DNA of 24,761 bases from an uncultured virus (IMG/VR IMGVR_UViG_3300046740_000859). Taxonomy: Duplodnaviria; Heunggongvirae; Uroviricota; Caudoviricetes. The stretch's first letter is position 1. Each line of letters opens with the position of its first letter. The notes beneath the pieces are model-generated. The model saw only the letters and a list, made by a program, of their open reading frames with translations. It was not told where the DNA came from and ran no database searches. The stretch is taken from the IMG/VR virus record IMGVR_UViG_3300046740_000859; one strand, 5' to 3'. The position numbers were made by a program, and so were the translations under genes. Positions 24,001 to 24,761 of the stretch are shown piece after piece.

Positions 24001-24192
24001 ATGATCATCAAGACCCCGTTCGGCCCGAAACGAATCGTCCGTCGCGTGGGTGCCTGCGCGGAATACTACTTCGAGGCCCCTGGCCCGAGCGCCCCGAATG
24101 GCGGCTGGTGGACGCTGAACCCGCAGCACGGTTTCGTGCCTGTCGCCTCCAACTCTCGCGCCTTGCTGGCGGCTCTGTCTGAGGCCCGATGA
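24001..24192 (+). CDS. Hypothetical protein
   Basis: ATG 24001, downstream of TTGCCC-N16-TAGGCT; stop coupled to the next gene. Confidence 0.55.
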   Translation: MIIKTPFGPKRIVRRVGACAEYYFEAPGPSAPNGGWWTLNPQHGFVPVASNSRALLAALSEAR

Positions 24193-24377
24193 GTTCTGCT
24201 CTCAAAATCGACCGTACCCTCCGTAAGAACGCCCCCGAGGCGTCCACGAAGAAGGGCTACGACCTCGACGCCGAGGCCATCGCGAAAGTGTTGGTGAGGC
24301 ACTACGGCGACGAGGCCGACTCGGTTCTCAAGCAGGTGTTGGAGTGGTTGCCGGCGGCGAGGAGGATGAAACGATGA
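24189..24377 (+). CDS. Hypothetical protein
   Basis: ATGA-coupled on both sides. Confidence 0.65.
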   Translation: MSSALKIDRTLRKNAPEASTKKGYDLDAEAIAKVLVRHYGDEADSVLKQVLEWLPAARRMKR

Positions 24378-24619
24378 GTGCTTCGATGTCTTGGAAAGAC
24401 GCTCTCCGCGCGATGGCCTTCGACGCTCGTCGTCGGGCCGGGAACTCGAAGCCTATGCCGAGCGGACCGAACGATCCGGTCTCGCTCGCCGAGCGCGCAG
24501 GCGCTCGCTACGCTTTCAACGTGATGGCCACGGAGCTCGAGTACCTCGCCGATGATCGCTACAGCAGCCGCGAGGCGCTCGTAAAGCTCCGGAAGCTTCT
24601 GGCGGAGCGCGCGAAATGA
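24374..24619 (+). CDS. Hypothetical protein
   Basis: GAGGAGG RBS; ATGA-coupled. Confidence 0.65.
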   Translation: MSASMSWKDALRAMAFDARRRAGNSKPMPSGPNDPVSLAERAGARYAFNVMATELEYLADDRYSSREALVKLRKLLAERAK

Positions 24620-24761
24620 CCTCGAAGGAACGCCTCGCCCGAAACCTACGCGGTCGCGTTCGCGTGTCGCGCCGCTTCGACGTCGAATCTCTCGGAGAGG
24701 GGCGAGAGAAGCACACCTGCCGCGAGTGCAAGACGTCCGAGATTGTGGTCGTGGCGCCCCC
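24616..24761 (+). CDS. Hypothetical CxxC protein, truncated by window edge
   Basis: MTSKERLARNLRGRV...HTCRECK...; open to the end of the window. Confidence 0.55.
   Translation, partial: MTSKERLARNLRGRVRVSRRFDVESLGEGREKHTCRECKTSEIVVVAP

Overview
GC-rich (about 60-70% in spot counts) window from the replication/early region of a tailed dsDNA phage or prophage. No structural, integrase, tRNA or CRISPR features are visible. Left block (1-11677, minus strand) is a replication/recombination operon: VapE/VirE helicase, a lower-GC orphan, a Cas4/AddB-like PD-(D/E)XK nuclease, a Sak4-like AAA ATPase, an SSB-like protein, an SPO1-type uracil-DNA-glycosylase/DNA polymerase A fusion, a DUF6011 protein, a Dda/RecD2-like helicase with a Cys-rich insertion, and a SNF2 helicase running off the edge. 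The rest is alternating-strand blocks of small, mostly ATGA/GTGA-coupled genes around three divergent control regions (~11.7, ~17.07, ~23.9 kb). Most notable: an AEP-like primase split from and opposite to its helicase and ending in a DUF3223/DCL-like domain; four related ribbon-helix-helix domains with two homologous divergent promoter cassettes; an operon with an intact rhomboid protease, a SprT-like metalloprotease and a sigma70 region 4/multi-Zn protein; and tiny chromatin-like proteins (acidic, H1-like Zn-knuckle, AT-hook). A Myxococcota host is tentatively inferred. All family calls are by motif recognition by eye; no searches were run.
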